Source of the DNA: Hormoscilla sp.
Lineage (GTDB): Bacteria > Cyanobacteriota > Cyanobacteriia > Cyanobacteriales > Desertifilaceae
DNA length: 64,000 nt
Direction: 5' to 3'
NCBI GenBank assembly: GCA_051439505.1
Contig: JBFRWI010000009.1
Coordinates: 25,813 to 89,812 of the forward strand
The first letter of the stretch is position 1. Each line of letters begins with the position of its first letter. Positions 9,406 through 19,830 of the stretch are shown piece after piece. A program made the position numbers and the translations under genes. The notes below the pieces were generated by a model. The model did no database searches and had not been told where the DNA came from. It worked only from the letters and a program-made list of their open reading frames with translations.

Positions 9406-10203
9406 TTAGGATGTACGTGGGAAATGCTCAATTTGAGCGTAGCCGCTGAACAGCAATTTTTTCCCTTGAGTTTCTAGGCGATTAATACGCAATTTTACTC
9501 CATCCAGGTCAAAGCGATCGAGGTCTACCATATCATTCAAAATTTCATCAAGTACCCCTGTCAACTTTTCCGAGAGCTGCCGGACCTCCTCGGGCACCAA
9601 TTCTGGCTCAAACTGAGCTTGACTAAAGGTAATGCGGCGTCTACGCTCAACTGCCAGGGTTGAGGTCATGACAATGGGCACCGGTTCGCCGGCACCTAGA
9701 TGACATTTCGCAAATAGCCGAATTTTGTTGTTGGCCAGTAACTCTATCTGCACGTCCTGAAAGGAGACCGGTTTGCCGCCAGAGAGTTCGGTCAAAGTTG
9801 GTACAGAAAGATTTTCCAGGCGTTTGGTCACCAGTTGGGCCTTGAAGGCATGGTTGATACCCTCTTCAGAAAGGGAGATCAGGGCAACCGCTTGGGTGGG
9901 TTGCAACAGGCGAATTTCACCCCTGAGCACAGATGCCACATCAATAGCAACGGCGTCGGTAGTAAAGGACATTTCCGAAACCGGGAAATCTTTGCGGATG
10001 ACCAGACCGCGACCAGTCATTTGCAATCCATCTATTCTGCCTTGCAACAGTTTGCTGGAGGGGTTGCAGCGGATCGAGACATCTACCGAATCACTGCGGG
10101 TAAACAAATGACGAATGCCTTGGCTTGCCACTTTATTGAGTAGCTGCTCTCCCATATCCGTATCCCTGGAAAATGGAAATACACCAGTGATGCCAGTAAA
10201 CAT
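9406..10203 (-). CDS. DUF2993 (LmeA-like) domain protein
   Basis: PSSKLLQG, GRGLVIRKDF, PTQAVALISLSEEGINHAF, MVDLDRFDLDG. Confidence 0.75.
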   Translation of the reverse strand: MFTGITGVFPFSRDTDMGEQLLNKVASQGIRHLFTRSDSVDVSIRCNPSSKLLQGRIDGLQMTGRGLVIRKDFPVSEMSFTTDAVAIDVASVLRGEIRLLQPTQAVALISLSEEGINHAFKAQLVTKRLENLSVPTLTELSGGKPVSFQDVQIELLANNKIRLFAKCHLGAGEPVPIVMTSTLAVERRRRITFSQAQFEPELVPEEVRQLSEKLTGVLDEILNDMVDLDRFDLDGVKLRINRLETQGKKLLFSGYAQIEHFPRTS

Positions 10204-10533
10204 AGGGGTGATTGTTGCTAATTGTTTTCTCGATTCGCTTCTAATGTAACAAATTGTAAAAATATCGACAAGTTTAAGGTAACTTATAGTATATATAAGC
10301 CCTCCGGACAGGGGCGACAGCCGCTATCCCGTCGGTTGAGGGTCGATATCGCCCCCGATCGTCAACCCAGCAGGAGCCGGTCAGGAGAGACTATAGCACC
10401 GGTGCTATTGATAGCACCGGCAGCCAAGATATTAAGAAGATCTGCAAATTTTCAATTGCTCTTTATTCTTAGGGCAGCTTAGTAATAATAGAGAGTAGAG
10501 TTTACCACCAACCAAATTTACCTTTTTTCTCAG

Positions 10534-11013
10534 ATGCATACCCTCAATCACACCCTAGAACAAAGCCTGATCGAAGCGGACGGTCGCTATCTCAGCTCCA
10601 CCGAACTCTACCCGCTAGAGCAGTATATTCAGAGTTACACTACCAGGCTGGAGACTTACCAGCAACTGAGCCAGCACGGCGAAAAACTGACCATCCAGGC
10701 GCTGCGTAAATTCGCGCAGGCTTATCCAGAACTGATTCGCCAGCATGGAGGACGCTGCAAATATGACATGTCTGAAGTGCTGCGCTACATCGCCTTGTCG
10801 ATTTTGCGAGACGACGAACTGTTGTTTAAGGAACAGATGATCGTCTGGTTAGATACAATTCTGATGGCTCACAAACGCACAAATCATTGCCTCCCGGCTT
10901 ATCAGAATTTGCAAGAAGTAATAGATGCTACTTTGCCCCCTGCATGTAGTAGTTTAGTGCGTCCTTATCTGGACATTGTGACTCTGGCGTTCAAGTCCCA
11001 CGCGAAAAAGTAA
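10534..11013 (+). CDS. phycobiliprotein-like globin-fold protein
   Basis: EADGRYLS and RCKYDMSEVLRYIA, matching phycobiliprotein CxRD..LRY; 159 aa. Confidence 0.75.
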   Translation: MHTLNHTLEQSLIEADGRYLSSTELYPLEQYIQSYTTRLETYQQLSQHGEKLTIQALRKFAQAYPELIRQHGGRCKYDMSEVLRYIALSILRDDELLFKEQMIVWLDTILMAHKRTNHCLPAYQNLQEVIDATLPPACSSLVRPYLDIVTLAFKSHAKK

Positions 11014-11096
11014 TGAATTGGGATCACTTTCAGAAGATATCTAGGCACCGACTGAGCGCGAATTCAAAACTGAATTAACAGAAAAGAGGAAATAAA

Positions 11097-11822
11097 ATGA
11101 AGGGAATCAAACCATTGCAAGTTAGCCGCAGCTCCTCATTAGAAGAACGGCAGCAGGCACTGTACCAAATTTACCGTCAAGTCCTGGGTCGTCAGCCTTA
11201 TGCTTTTGAACGACGGATTTTAGCCAAGGCGGAGAAAGACTTTCTCAAGGATAAAATCGGCGTGCGACGCTTTCTCAAGGAACTGGGGCACTCGGAAGTT
11301 TATCTGGATACCTTTTATCACGGTTGTGCTAACTTGAAGTTTCTGGAATTGTGCTTCAAGCACTTTTTAGGTCGGGCCCCGAAAAATCAGAAGGAGGTGC
11401 AAATTTACTGCGATATTCTGATGCACGAAGGGGTTAACCAGCTAATCACTGCTATTTTGGACTCGGAAGAATACCGCAAGGTGTTTGGCTGCTTTACGGT
11501 GCCCTATCCTCATCAACCAAAGTACTACGAATCTCCGAAAGCGTACTTAGAATCTCATATACTCAATCAGGAACAGATCGCTCAGCGGGGTATGTCAGTG
11601 CCAACGATGTACTGGCATCAGCTTGGTTTGAACTGTGAGGCGGGGGTCTGTCGTCACCCAGAAGCGGATGAAGTGCTCGAACCCCTAGTATCGGTAGAAG
11701 CCGAAATGTTGCAGGTGAAGTTGCAGGAGTTGCTGAAGCTATTGGAGTCCGATCGGGGAAAACAGGCGTTGGCTGAGTTGCCTCCTCAACAGGTCCAAAA
11801 GCTGCGTCAAGTCATTGGTTAG
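11097..11822 (+). CDS. phycobilisome rod-core linker domain protein (CpcG-like)
   Basis: IYRQVLGR, VRRFLKELGHSEVY, FKHFLGRAP, LDSEEY..FG..TVPY. Confidence 0.8.
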   Translation: MKGIKPLQVSRSSSLEERQQALYQIYRQVLGRQPYAFERRILAKAEKDFLKDKIGVRRFLKELGHSEVYLDTFYHGCANLKFLELCFKHFLGRAPKNQKEVQIYCDILMHEGVNQLITAILDSEEYRKVFGCFTVPYPHQPKYYESPKAYLESHILNQEQIAQRGMSVPTMYWHQLGLNCEAGVCRHPEADEVLEPLVSVEAEMLQVKLQELLKLLESDRGKQALAELPPQQVQKLRQVIG

Positions 11823-11896
11823 TTGTCAGTTGTCAGTTGCTTCTGGGTGCATCTGAAGGAAACCCCCTGCTTTCTTCAGATGCACCCACTGAATAC

Positions 11897-12667
11897 TTAG
11901 AAGTTACAAGTTTGAAGAATTTGATAGAGGTCAACGGATCTTTCCAATAGACAGGCGTGACAGCTATCAGACAGCACTACCATCTGGGCATTAGGGAGGC
12001 AGTTGTTTAGGCGTTGAGCTTCTGTGACAGAAGGAAGGAGTCGGTCTTCACCACTAGCAAGAAGCAGCGTGGGTTGGGTGATGCGACTCAGGTGGGTTTC
12101 ACTGATATGAAACTCCCTGAGCAAAGACAAACGCCAAATGAAGGTGCTTTGCGGTAGGCCGTGGATAGCAGACCACAGGGCGCGGACTTCCCAGGAGGCA
12201 ACCCGTCCCCAGTCGGCTAAAAATGGCAGTATCCCCAGTTTAGAGACTCTGTAAAGGGCTTCGGGCAATGCGCGAGTAATTGGCTCTCCTAAACTCATCC
12301 AGGGATATAATTTAAAGGATGAGGCGGGATTGATGAGAATCAGTCGTTCTATTAGTCCTTTGGCCTGCATTATCACTTTTTGGGCTAAACAACCGCCAAA
12401 GGATTCGCCGCATAGATAAACTGTACGCTGATAGAGCAACTCGCTTTCAATTAGGGCAATTACCTGTTTGGCCATGGCATCCCAGTCAGCGAGGTGATCG
12501 GGTGGGATGGCCAGACAGCGAATATCAAAATCTTTCTGTAAGCTAGGTATTTGTCGGTGCAGCAGCCTCCCGGTGCCATCCATTCCTGGCAGGAAGACAA
12601 ACAGGGGATAGTCTGGTTTGGGTTGGCAAGGGGAGAGAAAACGGAGACAATTTTTCAGGTTTGGCAT
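11897..12667 (-). CDS. alpha/beta hydrolase
   Basis: FLPGMDG, nucleophile elbow GESFGG, DRLLPS, H in SCHACL. Confidence 0.85.
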   Translation of the reverse strand: MPNLKNCLRFLSPCQPKPDYPLFVFLPGMDGTGRLLHRQIPSLQKDFDIRCLAIPPDHLADWDAMAKQVIALIESELLYQRTVYLCGESFGGCLAQKVIMQAKGLIERLILINPASSFKLYPWMSLGEPITRALPEALYRVSKLGILPFLADWGRVASWEVRALWSAIHGLPQSTFIWRLSLLREFHISETHLSRITQPTLLLASGEDRLLPSVTEAQRLNNCLPNAQMVVLSDSCHACLLERSVDLYQILQTCNF

Positions 12668-13054
12668 TTAAGGGAAGATAATTTATCAGTTCTCAGTTTC
12701 ACTCGTAACTGACAGCTGACCACAAAATCGCGATCGCCAGATCGTCATTAATATACTTTACACTTCTCAAGCTGGGATTGGTAAAGTCCTGCGGTTATCC
12801 TTTCTCTCCTGAACCACCGGCGATAGTGGATGACAGCTAGTGCTGACCTCCTCCTTGGGGAGACGGCAGTCAGAACGATCGTACCCTGGGGCCTGCTTCC
12901 ATGGCTGCGCCGCTGGCTCCCGGTCGTCCCTGGGCCCAGGGAAAGCTAAAATAATTAAGTATTTATTGGTAAATCTCGCTCAGTTCTAGAGAATAACCAG
13001 TAAAATGCAGAAATAGTTTAAGTCCCAGATTTGACAAGGATTGTTGAAAAATAG

Positions 13055-14659
13055 ATGAATTATACCGATCGAGAAAAACGAAGATTTGCTGTTACGACGC
13101 CTCTTTATTATGTCAATGATTTGCCTCACATCGGTAGTGCCTATACGACGATGGCGGCAGATGTATGCGCTCGCTACCAGCGGTTGCGGGGCGGCGAGGT
13201 GCTGATGATTACGGGGACGGACGAACATGGACAGAAAATTCAGCGCACAGCTCAGTCTAAGGGCCGCGCTCCCCTCGAACACTGCGACCAAATTGTCACG
13301 GGCTTTGAAAAGCTTTGGCAGTTGCTGAACATCCAGTACGATCGCTTCAGCCGCACCACAGCTCCTCGCCACGAGGCAATTGTTAAAGAATTCTTTAGTT
13401 TGGTTTGGGAAAAAGGAGACATTTACTTGGGGCGTCAACAGGGCTGGTACTGCGTATCCTGTGAAGAATTTAAGGAAGAACGCGATCGCACTCCAGATAA
13501 CCGCTGTCTAATCCACCCGAACGTGCAAACTGAGTGGCGAGACGAACAGAACTACTTTTTCCGACTGTCTAAGTACCAACAGCAGCTAGAAGCCCTTTAC
13601 GAAGAACGACCGGATTTTATCGGGCCAGAGAGTCGCCGGAACGAAGTCCTCAGCTTTGTCAGCAGGGGACTGCAAGATTTTTCTATCTCGCGGGTGAATC
13701 TCGACTGGGGATTCCCGGTGCCAGTAGATTCAAATCATACTATCTATGTTTGGTTTGACGCTTTGTTAGGATATGTAACGGCACTCCTAGAACCAGAGGA
13801 TCCGCCGACTTTGGCCAATGCCTTAGCCAAATGGTGGCCCATTAACTTGCATTTGATTGGTAAGGATATTTTGCGCTTCCATGCAGTTTACTGGCCAGCA
13901 ATGCTGATGTCAGCGGGTCTGCCAGTACCGGAGCGGGTGTTCGGACATGGGTTTTTAACCAAAGATGGTATGAAAATGGGTAAAAGCTTGGGGAATACTA
14001 TAGATCCGATCGCTCTTGTCAATAGATATGGAGCTGATGCCGTTCGTTACTACTTTATGAAGGAAATAGAATTTGGCAAGGATGGGGATTTTAATGAAAC
14101 CAGGTTTGTCAATATTCTGAATGCCGACTTGGCAAATGATTTGGGCAATTTGCTGAATCGCACCTTAGGCATGGCCAAGAAATACTGCGGCTCCACCGTG
14201 CCCTCTGTTGCGGAACTGCCCGCAGACAATCTGTTGCAAGAAATCGGAAGAAAATTGGGAGATCGGGTGTGTGCGGCCTACGAAGCGCTAGCATTTAGTA
14301 AAGCCTGCGGTGAAATTCTGGCTTTGGTACAAGCGGGCAATAAGTACATTGACGAGCAGGCCCCGTGGAAGCTGTACAAGGAGGGAAAACAGTCAGCTAC
14401 AGAACAGGTGCTCTACGCGGTTTTAGAATCGGTGCGATTGGCCGCCTATCTGCTCTCGCCAGTCATTCCCCGTGTCAGCAGTGCCATCTATCAGCAACTG
14501 GGTTTTAACATCGATTTTGACCAGCAAAGTTCCATTGACACGGTGCAATTCGCTCTTAATGCCAGCTGGGGAGCATTACCTGCAAACCAGAAGTTAGGCA
14601 AAGCCCAGCCAGTGTTTGAGCGTTTGGAACTTGCTTCGGAGGCTGGGCCGGAAAATTAA
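13055..14659 (+). CDS. metG: methionine--tRNA ligase
   Basis: YYVNDLPHIGS, GTDEHG, YVWFDAL, GKDILRFH, KMGKS. Confidence 0.97.
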   Translation: MNYTDREKRRFAVTTPLYYVNDLPHIGSAYTTMAADVCARYQRLRGGEVLMITGTDEHGQKIQRTAQSKGRAPLEHCDQIVTGFEKLWQLLNIQYDRFSRTTAPRHEAIVKEFFSLVWEKGDIYLGRQQGWYCVSCEEFKEERDRTPDNRCLIHPNVQTEWRDEQNYFFRLSKYQQQLEALYEERPDFIGPESRRNEVLSFVSRGLQDFSISRVNLDWGFPVPVDSNHTIYVWFDALLGYVTALLEPEDPPTLANALAKWWPINLHLIGKDILRFHAVYWPAMLMSAGLPVPERVFGHGFLTKDGMKMGKSLGNTIDPIALVNRYGADAVRYYFMKEIEFGKDGDFNETRFVNILNADLANDLGNLLNRTLGMAKKYCGSTVPSVAELPADNLLQEIGRKLGDRVCAAYEALAFSKACGEILALVQAGNKYIDEQAPWKLYKEGKQSATEQVLYAVLESVRLAAYLLSPVIPRVSSAIYQQLGFNIDFDQQSSIDTVQFALNASWGALPANQKLGKAQPVFERLELASEAGPEN

Positions 14660-14725
14660 GTAGATGATAGCATGAATAAAGAGGAAAAAACTCAAATCAA
14701 TTTAAGAAAAATGAGGAATTTAACA

Positions 14726-15343
14726 ATGTTGGATCATCCAGAAAATCATGACCTGTTCTCAGCAGAACAGCTGTTGTCAAATAGAGGGAGAGTGGCGATA
14801 TTCATCGATGGCTCGAATCTGTTTTATGCGGCCCTGCAATTGGGAATAGAAATCGATTATACCAAGCTACTATGTCGCTTGACCGCTGGCTCCCGATTGC
14901 TACGCTCTTTCTTTTACACCGGTGTCGATCGGACGAATGAGAAACAGCAGGGTTTCCTGTTGTGGATGCGTCGGAACGGCTATCGCGTGATCGCGAAGGA
15001 GTTAATACAATTACCGGATGGCTCGAAAAAAGCTAATCTGGATGTGGAAATTGCTGTAGACATGATGGCCTTGGTGGGTGCTTACGACACGGCAGTCTTA
15101 GTCAGTGGAGATGGAGATCTGGCTTATGCTGTAGATGCAGTCAGTTATCGCGGCGTGCGGGTGGAGGTGGTGAGTCTGCGATCGATGACCAGTGACAGCT
15201 TGATTAATGTAGCAGACCGCTACATTGATTTGGAACAGATCAAGGGGGATATCCAAAAGACTAATTCTCGCCCCACTAGCTATTCCTACCGTCCTCTATC
15301 TGGTATCGGGTTAATTGAGGAGATCAAGGACGGGCATTGTTAA
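14726..15343 (+). CDS. labA: LabA-like NYN domain protein
   Basis: IFIDGSNLFY, KKANLDVEIAVD, LVSGDGD; metG-labA-lptC order; start uncertain (14672/14711/14726). Confidence 0.8.
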   Translation: MLDHPENHDLFSAEQLLSNRGRVAIFIDGSNLFYAALQLGIEIDYTKLLCRLTAGSRLLRSFFYTGVDRTNEKQQGFLLWMRRNGYRVIAKELIQLPDGSKKANLDVEIAVDMMALVGAYDTAVLVSGDGDLAYAVDAVSYRGVRVEVVSLRSMTSDSLINVADRYIDLEQIKGDIQKTNSRPTSYSYRPLSGIGLIEEIKDGHC

Positions 15344-15437
15344 TTGTGAATTGAAAATTGTGAATGGCGAATTGTTTTTGCCATTCCACTGGTTCCCGGG
15401 GTCGGCCTGGGAACTAGCCATTAGTAAATTACCAATA

Positions 15438-16685
15438 ATGCTCAACTTTTCTAATTGGCAAATTCGGAAGATTATCAGACCCACCCTCAAGGGTGGGTCT
15501 ACAAACACAAAGCAATGTCATTGCGATTTTTCGCGCAGCGTGCGCAGCGTGGCAACCGCCTGCGCGGGCTATTTAGCAGCGGTTTTGGTGGCGCTGCTAG
15601 TAGGTGGTTGTGCGGGAGAAAAGCAGATAGAAAATAAGTTGACTGAGGATGGTTCTGACTCGCAAAAACTGGAAAACAGCTTGATTTTTAATGATGTTAC
15701 TCTTGAGCAGGTGGATGAACAGGGGCGTCTGTTGTGGAAAGTGGAGGCGAAAGAGGCTACCTACAGCCGGGATGATAAAATTGCTATTGTTCATCATCCT
15801 AATAGCGAACTTTATCAGGATGGGAAGTTAGCGTTTCAGGTGACGGCGCAGAAAGGGGAAATTCATCAGGATGGGAAAAAGATCTTCCTGAAAGGAGAAA
15901 TTCTGGCTACGGCGGTTGCAGATGGAGCTATATTGCGGGGCGAGGAGTTGGAGTGGAGTCCCCAGGAAGATATTTTAATTGTTCGCAATAATTTGACTGG
16001 TACCCATCCGCAGGTGGAAGCATCTGCTGCTGAGGCGAGAGTTTTTAGCCGCGATCGCCGCATGGAATTACTCGGTGATGTGTCCGCGACGACGACGTCT
16101 CCCAAGTTACAGATGCAAACTGAGAAACTGGTCTGGCAGATGCAGGACGAGCGGGTGATGGGCGATCGGCCCATACAGATCGATCGCTATGAGGGGGAGA
16201 AGGTAACAGGTAAAGCAGTGGCAAATGTCTCATTAGTGGATCTGAAAGCTAACACGCTGACTCTGAAGCAAGATGCTAAACTGACGATATCAGAACCGCC
16301 TGCGATCGTGACAAGCGAGTCAATGACTTGGAATTTAGCAACAGAAACGATCGCATCAGATAGTTTAGTGAAGATAGATTATCCTCAGCAGCAAGTTGAG
16401 ATCGCAGGTGACAAGGGACAGGTAGACTTAAAAAAGCAAGTTGCGTCTATTGTGGGTAACGCGATCGGCCTTGCGAAAAAAAATCAATCTCAATTACAAG
16501 CAGATAAAATTATCTGGTACATTGCTGCGGAAGAAATAGTAGCGGAAGGGAATGTTAATTATCGTCAGGTAGATCCACCATTAAATTTAAAGGGTGCTAA
16601 AGCTTTTGGGAAACTCCCAGAGCAAAATATTGTGGTGAAAAGCGATCCGAGTGGTGGGAGAGTGGTGATGGAAATTATTCCTTAG
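15438..16685 (+). CDS. lptC: LPS export periplasmic protein LptC
   Basis: Lipobox LVGGC, LEQVDEQGRLLWKVEAKEATY, repeated beta-jellyroll motifs; start uncertain. Confidence 0.8.
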   Translation: MLNFSNWQIRKIIRPTLKGGSTNTKQCHCDFSRSVRSVATACAGYLAAVLVALLVGGCAGEKQIENKLTEDGSDSQKLENSLIFNDVTLEQVDEQGRLLWKVEAKEATYSRDDKIAIVHHPNSELYQDGKLAFQVTAQKGEIHQDGKKIFLKGEILATAVADGAILRGEELEWSPQEDILIVRNNLTGTHPQVEASAAEARVFSRDRRMELLGDVSATTTSPKLQMQTEKLVWQMQDERVMGDRPIQIDRYEGEKVTGKAVANVSLVDLKANTLTLKQDAKLTISEPPAIVTSESMTWNLATETIASDSLVKIDYPQQQVEIAGDKGQVDLKKQVASIVGNAIGLAKKNQSQLQADKIIWYIAAEEIVAEGNVNYRQVDPPLNLKGAKAFGKLPEQNIVVKSDPSGGRVVMEIIP

Positions 16686-16768
16686 AGAATGATTGCTAAT
16701 CGCCAACGGGAGCATCTCACAGCAAGCAAATATATCCTCGGTAGCAGATGGCTGCTTTGGTGGGTGGT

Positions 16769-16788
16769 GTGGGCGGTGCCCACCCTAC
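16769..16788 (-). repeat. GTAG-type REP-like hairpin
   Basis: Reverse copy of GTAGGGTGGGCACCGCCCAC. Confidence 0.7.
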
Positions 16789-16929
16789 GAATTATTAGTT
16801 TTAACCCCCTGCGGGTGACCTGGTACGCGATAATTGGCAACTTGTGCGCCAGACTACCGCAGACAGCACTATTGAGATATACTCCAAAATAGAAGCTGAT
16901 TAATGTAGTTGAATTTTCTGAGGTCCGAT

Positions 16930-17607
16930 ATGAGATCCTCCTATGCAACCTCCTCTGCTAGAGCAGAAATGAACGAACTGCGGCGCTTGAAAGGCTTGCT
17001 GCCGCCGGAATTGCAGAGTTGGGTCATGGTGGAAGGAAGCACTGAGGTGGCCCCTCCCTTGATCCGCTCTGAGGAAATTGGTAATGATGAAGTGGAAATC
17101 CAAATTGACCTGGCCAAATGGGACCAACTGGCGATCGACCAGCGGAATCTCCTATTTTGGCACGAAGTGGGACGCATACAAAATGACACCATTCCTAAAG
17201 ATGGTTGGGAAATGGCTGCCCTCGCGATCGGGTTAGGGGGTGCGGTGGGCGAACTCTGGGTACAAGATGGTTTGCTGCTGATCTTGGCCCTGGCCCTGTG
17301 CGGCATTTCCGGCTACCGCTTGTATCAGAAAAATAGCGGCGAGCGGGTATTAAATGATGCCATTGATGCCGATGAAAAGGCGATCGCGATCGCGACTCGC
17401 TTTGGTTACACTCTTCCCAACGCCTACAAGAGTTTGGGTAGCGCCTTAAAGGTGTTAATCGAACAAACCCCCAAAAAGCGGAATCGAATTAAATACGAAG
17501 CGCGACTGCAAGCATTAAAACGCAGCGCTGCCAAAGCTAAATCTAAAGTCAAAGCTAGCAGCAATTCAAGAGAACCTTCGAGGAAATCTGAGAATATCTT
17601 CAACTAA
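16930..17607 (+). CDS. DUF3318 family protein
   Basis: ELRRLKGLLPPELQSWV, DQRNLLFWHEV, AIGLGGAVGELWVQDG. Confidence 0.8.
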   Translation: MRSSYATSSARAEMNELRRLKGLLPPELQSWVMVEGSTEVAPPLIRSEEIGNDEVEIQIDLAKWDQLAIDQRNLLFWHEVGRIQNDTIPKDGWEMAALAIGLGGAVGELWVQDGLLLILALALCGISGYRLYQKNSGERVLNDAIDADEKAIAIATRFGYTLPNAYKSLGSALKVLIEQTPKKRNRIKYEARLQALKRSAAKAKSKVKASSNSREPSRKSENIFN

Positions 17608-17690
17608 GGCTAATTGCTAATTGCTAATTGCTAATCGCTAATTAGTGAACTGACGCAAATAGCAATTTTTCTACATTGCTGGTAGCCTCC

Positions 17691-17927
17691 CGTAGGTTGG
17701 GTTGCTCTCAGGGCGAAACCCAACCTACAAGGAATTTCACTGACTTAAGAAAAAAAGCCGGAGCCATGTCATTGCGAGGGGGGGGGTGGAAAAGCTGTCG
17801 ATTATTATTCAAATTATCTTCCCCCCCGAAGCAATCTCCTGCTGCTGAACAGGGGAGATTGCTTCGGGGGGGGATGTTAATCGGTTTCGCATAAGTCGAT
17901 CGCGGTTGTCCCCCCCCTCGCAATGAC
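17691..17927. repeat. cluster of REP-like palindromes (GTAG-type and GTCATTGCGAG-type)
   Basis: gtaggttggg..cccaacctac, then nested gtcattgcgag..gaagcaatctcc..ggagattgcttc..ctcgcaatgac. Confidence 0.75.
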
Positions 17928-17978
17928 TGCATAGGAGGTAACGGCAATAGTCAGTGCCATTCCCACCTATAAGTGCAA

Positions 17979-18869
17979 TTAAATTTCTGCAAAAGCGCGA
18001 TTAATCAAGCTGCGAGCCAGGGTTTGAGTGCCAGTATGTTCCATGTAGTTTGTGGTCATATCCAGAAAAGCCCCGACATAGTCCAACTTGTCATCGGCAA
18101 TGTCAATGAAATTTTGCAGGTTATCCATGACCCCTTGTCGGGTGATGCCCCGATCGGCGACAAAATTGCCCATCCAGTCACTTACCGAGCCAAAGCTGTC
18201 ACCAATAAAGCCCAACTTGCCACCGAGATCGCCCCCAGGAATGAAATTGCTGATGCTGCTGAAAGTGGGATTGTCTTCTAGGGTCGAGGGGCTCAACCCA
18301 GAGATAGTTTCGCCTACTTTCTTGATAAAATCGGGACCCAGGGGAAGGATGCCGTCGAAGCAAACTAGGGCCGCCATCCGCATCAGGGAGGGACCGCTGT
18401 ATTCCTCAACTAGAGACTTGATAAAATCGCCAACGCTGTCCCCAGGAATACCATTAATTTGGCAGTAGGCAACGATCTCTACCACTAATTTGATCGCCAG
18501 ATCGATGCTTTGAGCTTTGTCTGCTTTGGGCGTGATTTTGGTCAAGAAGGACAGCAAGCCGATCTTCTGCCCGATTTTATTAGCTAAGGCCGCTGCACCC
18601 AAGGCTGTATCGGCATTATCTACCGTTTGGTACAGCCACATCGCCCGTTCGTATCCCTCGTCGGAATGGTGGTACAGATAGACCGCCCGTTCCCTGATCT
18701 GCTGAACGAGTTCTGGATCTGTCTCGCCAGTTGCGTCTTCAATGATGTTGTTAAAGCCAATGATGTTGTTCCACTCCCCCGGCACGATATAATCTAAGGC
18801 TCGCAGGGACATGGTGGTGATGTTCTTCTCGGGCAGGCGATCGGCCAATTCGATAATCGATTTGCTCAC
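17979..18869 (-). CDS. conserved hypothetical protein
   Basis: 296 aa, GTG start after GGAGG; INGIPGDS, RMAALVCFDG, TNYMEHTG. Confidence 0.75.
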   Translation of the reverse strand: MSKSIIELADRLPEKNITTMSLRALDYIVPGEWNNIIGFNNIIEDATGETDPELVQQIRERAVYLYHHSDEGYERAMWLYQTVDNADTALGAAALANKIGQKIGLLSFLTKITPKADKAQSIDLAIKLVVEIVAYCQINGIPGDSVGDFIKSLVEEYSGPSLMRMAALVCFDGILPLGPDFIKKVGETISGLSPSTLEDNPTFSSISNFIPGGDLGGKLGFIGDSFGSVSDWMGNFVADRGITRQGVMDNLQNFIDIADDKLDYVGAFLDMTTNYMEHTGTQTLARSLINRAFAEI

Positions 18870-18940
18870 AATTTCCTCCTGATGTGATGGTTGCGATCTG
18901 CGGTTCGACGAAGCTACCGCAAGTGGGCTGTAGCTTGAGT

Positions 18941-19459
18941 TTAGCGGAGTTGAGCCAGACCGCTGAGTTTAAATTTTGTTAACCAGTCTTCCCGATCGCT
19001 CTCGGTAAAGGAGGCTTTGTCCTTTGATTGCACCGAGACCTGGAAGCGATCGGCCACCAAGATCGAGGTTTTGGAGCCCACGGTAGCGGCGGGATAACCG
19101 GCAATTCTCTTGCTGCTGTTGTTGAATTTCCTGACAGCGCTGGGATTGTTTGCTGTATCGGAGATTGACAGCAATGCCACTAATGTGTCTCCTTTTTTCA
19201 AGTTTGCCTGGGCAAAGCCAGTTTTCTCTTGGGTAAAGGCGCGACTGTACCCACCAGCAGAGGCAGGGAAGAATTTGTTTAGTTCGCCCCCTGCCACTGG
19301 CTGTCCAGCGGTATTTCCGGTTGGTGAAACCCCCTGCTGAGTAGTGTCCGGCTGCTGGGTGCTTGTGTCTGGGGGCGGTGGCGGCGCACAAGCGCTCACT
19401 AGGAGCAATGTGGCTAGCAGTAACGGTGCTAGAGTTTTCTTCGTGCGGGATAAGAACAT
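18941..19459 (-). CDS. hypothetical lipoprotein
   Basis: Lipobox LVSAC, Pro/Gln-rich linker, co-oriented with 17979..18869. Confidence 0.7.
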   Translation of the reverse strand: MFLSRTKKTLAPLLLATLLLVSACAPPPPPDTSTQQPDTTQQGVSPTGNTAGQPVAGGELNKFFPASAGGYSRAFTQEKTGFAQANLKKGDTLVALLSISDTANNPSAVRKFNNSSKRIAGYPAATVGSKTSILVADRFQVSVQSKDKASFTESDREDWLTKFKLSGLAQLR

Positions 19460-19767
19460 CGCGGCCTCCTGATAATTCAGTTCTCCGATCTATTGTCGCT
19501 CATATTTGCCCTTCTGTACCACCCGATCCCAAATTTCTTTCTTATAGCCTATGCCAGCAGATATGAGCTTCCCTTTGTAGGATCTGATTGGTAGTAGCAA
19601 TTAACTTAAGTTCATTGGTGTACCGACCCGGGGGTTTAGCATCCCCTGCGATCGCAGTTTCGCCACCAAAGGGGATGGCCCTGCTTCTAGGCGTCTTCTT
19701 TCCTCATCAGTGAAGCCCTATTTATCTTAGCATATGCTGTGCCCATTGCCTGCGCTCAAAACATTTT

Positions 19768-19830
19768 TTATGCTGCTTTCGGTAACTCAATAGGTACGAA
19801 ATACTCTGCCGGGTATAGGTAATCTTCTCC
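19768..19830 (-). pseudogene. remnant of a small hypothetical gene
   Basis: Minus strand reads GEDYLYPAEYFVPIELPKAA*, resembling the C-terminus of a small hypothetical protein family (from memory); no intact start. Confidence 0.4.

Noticed and set aside
10246..10259. Possible NtcA site
   Set aside because: GTA-N8-TAA does not match GTA-N8-TAC
12780..12950. GC-rich stretch upstream of metG as riboswitch or ncRNA
   Set aside because: No recognisable T-box or SAM motif; needs an Rfam/Infernal search
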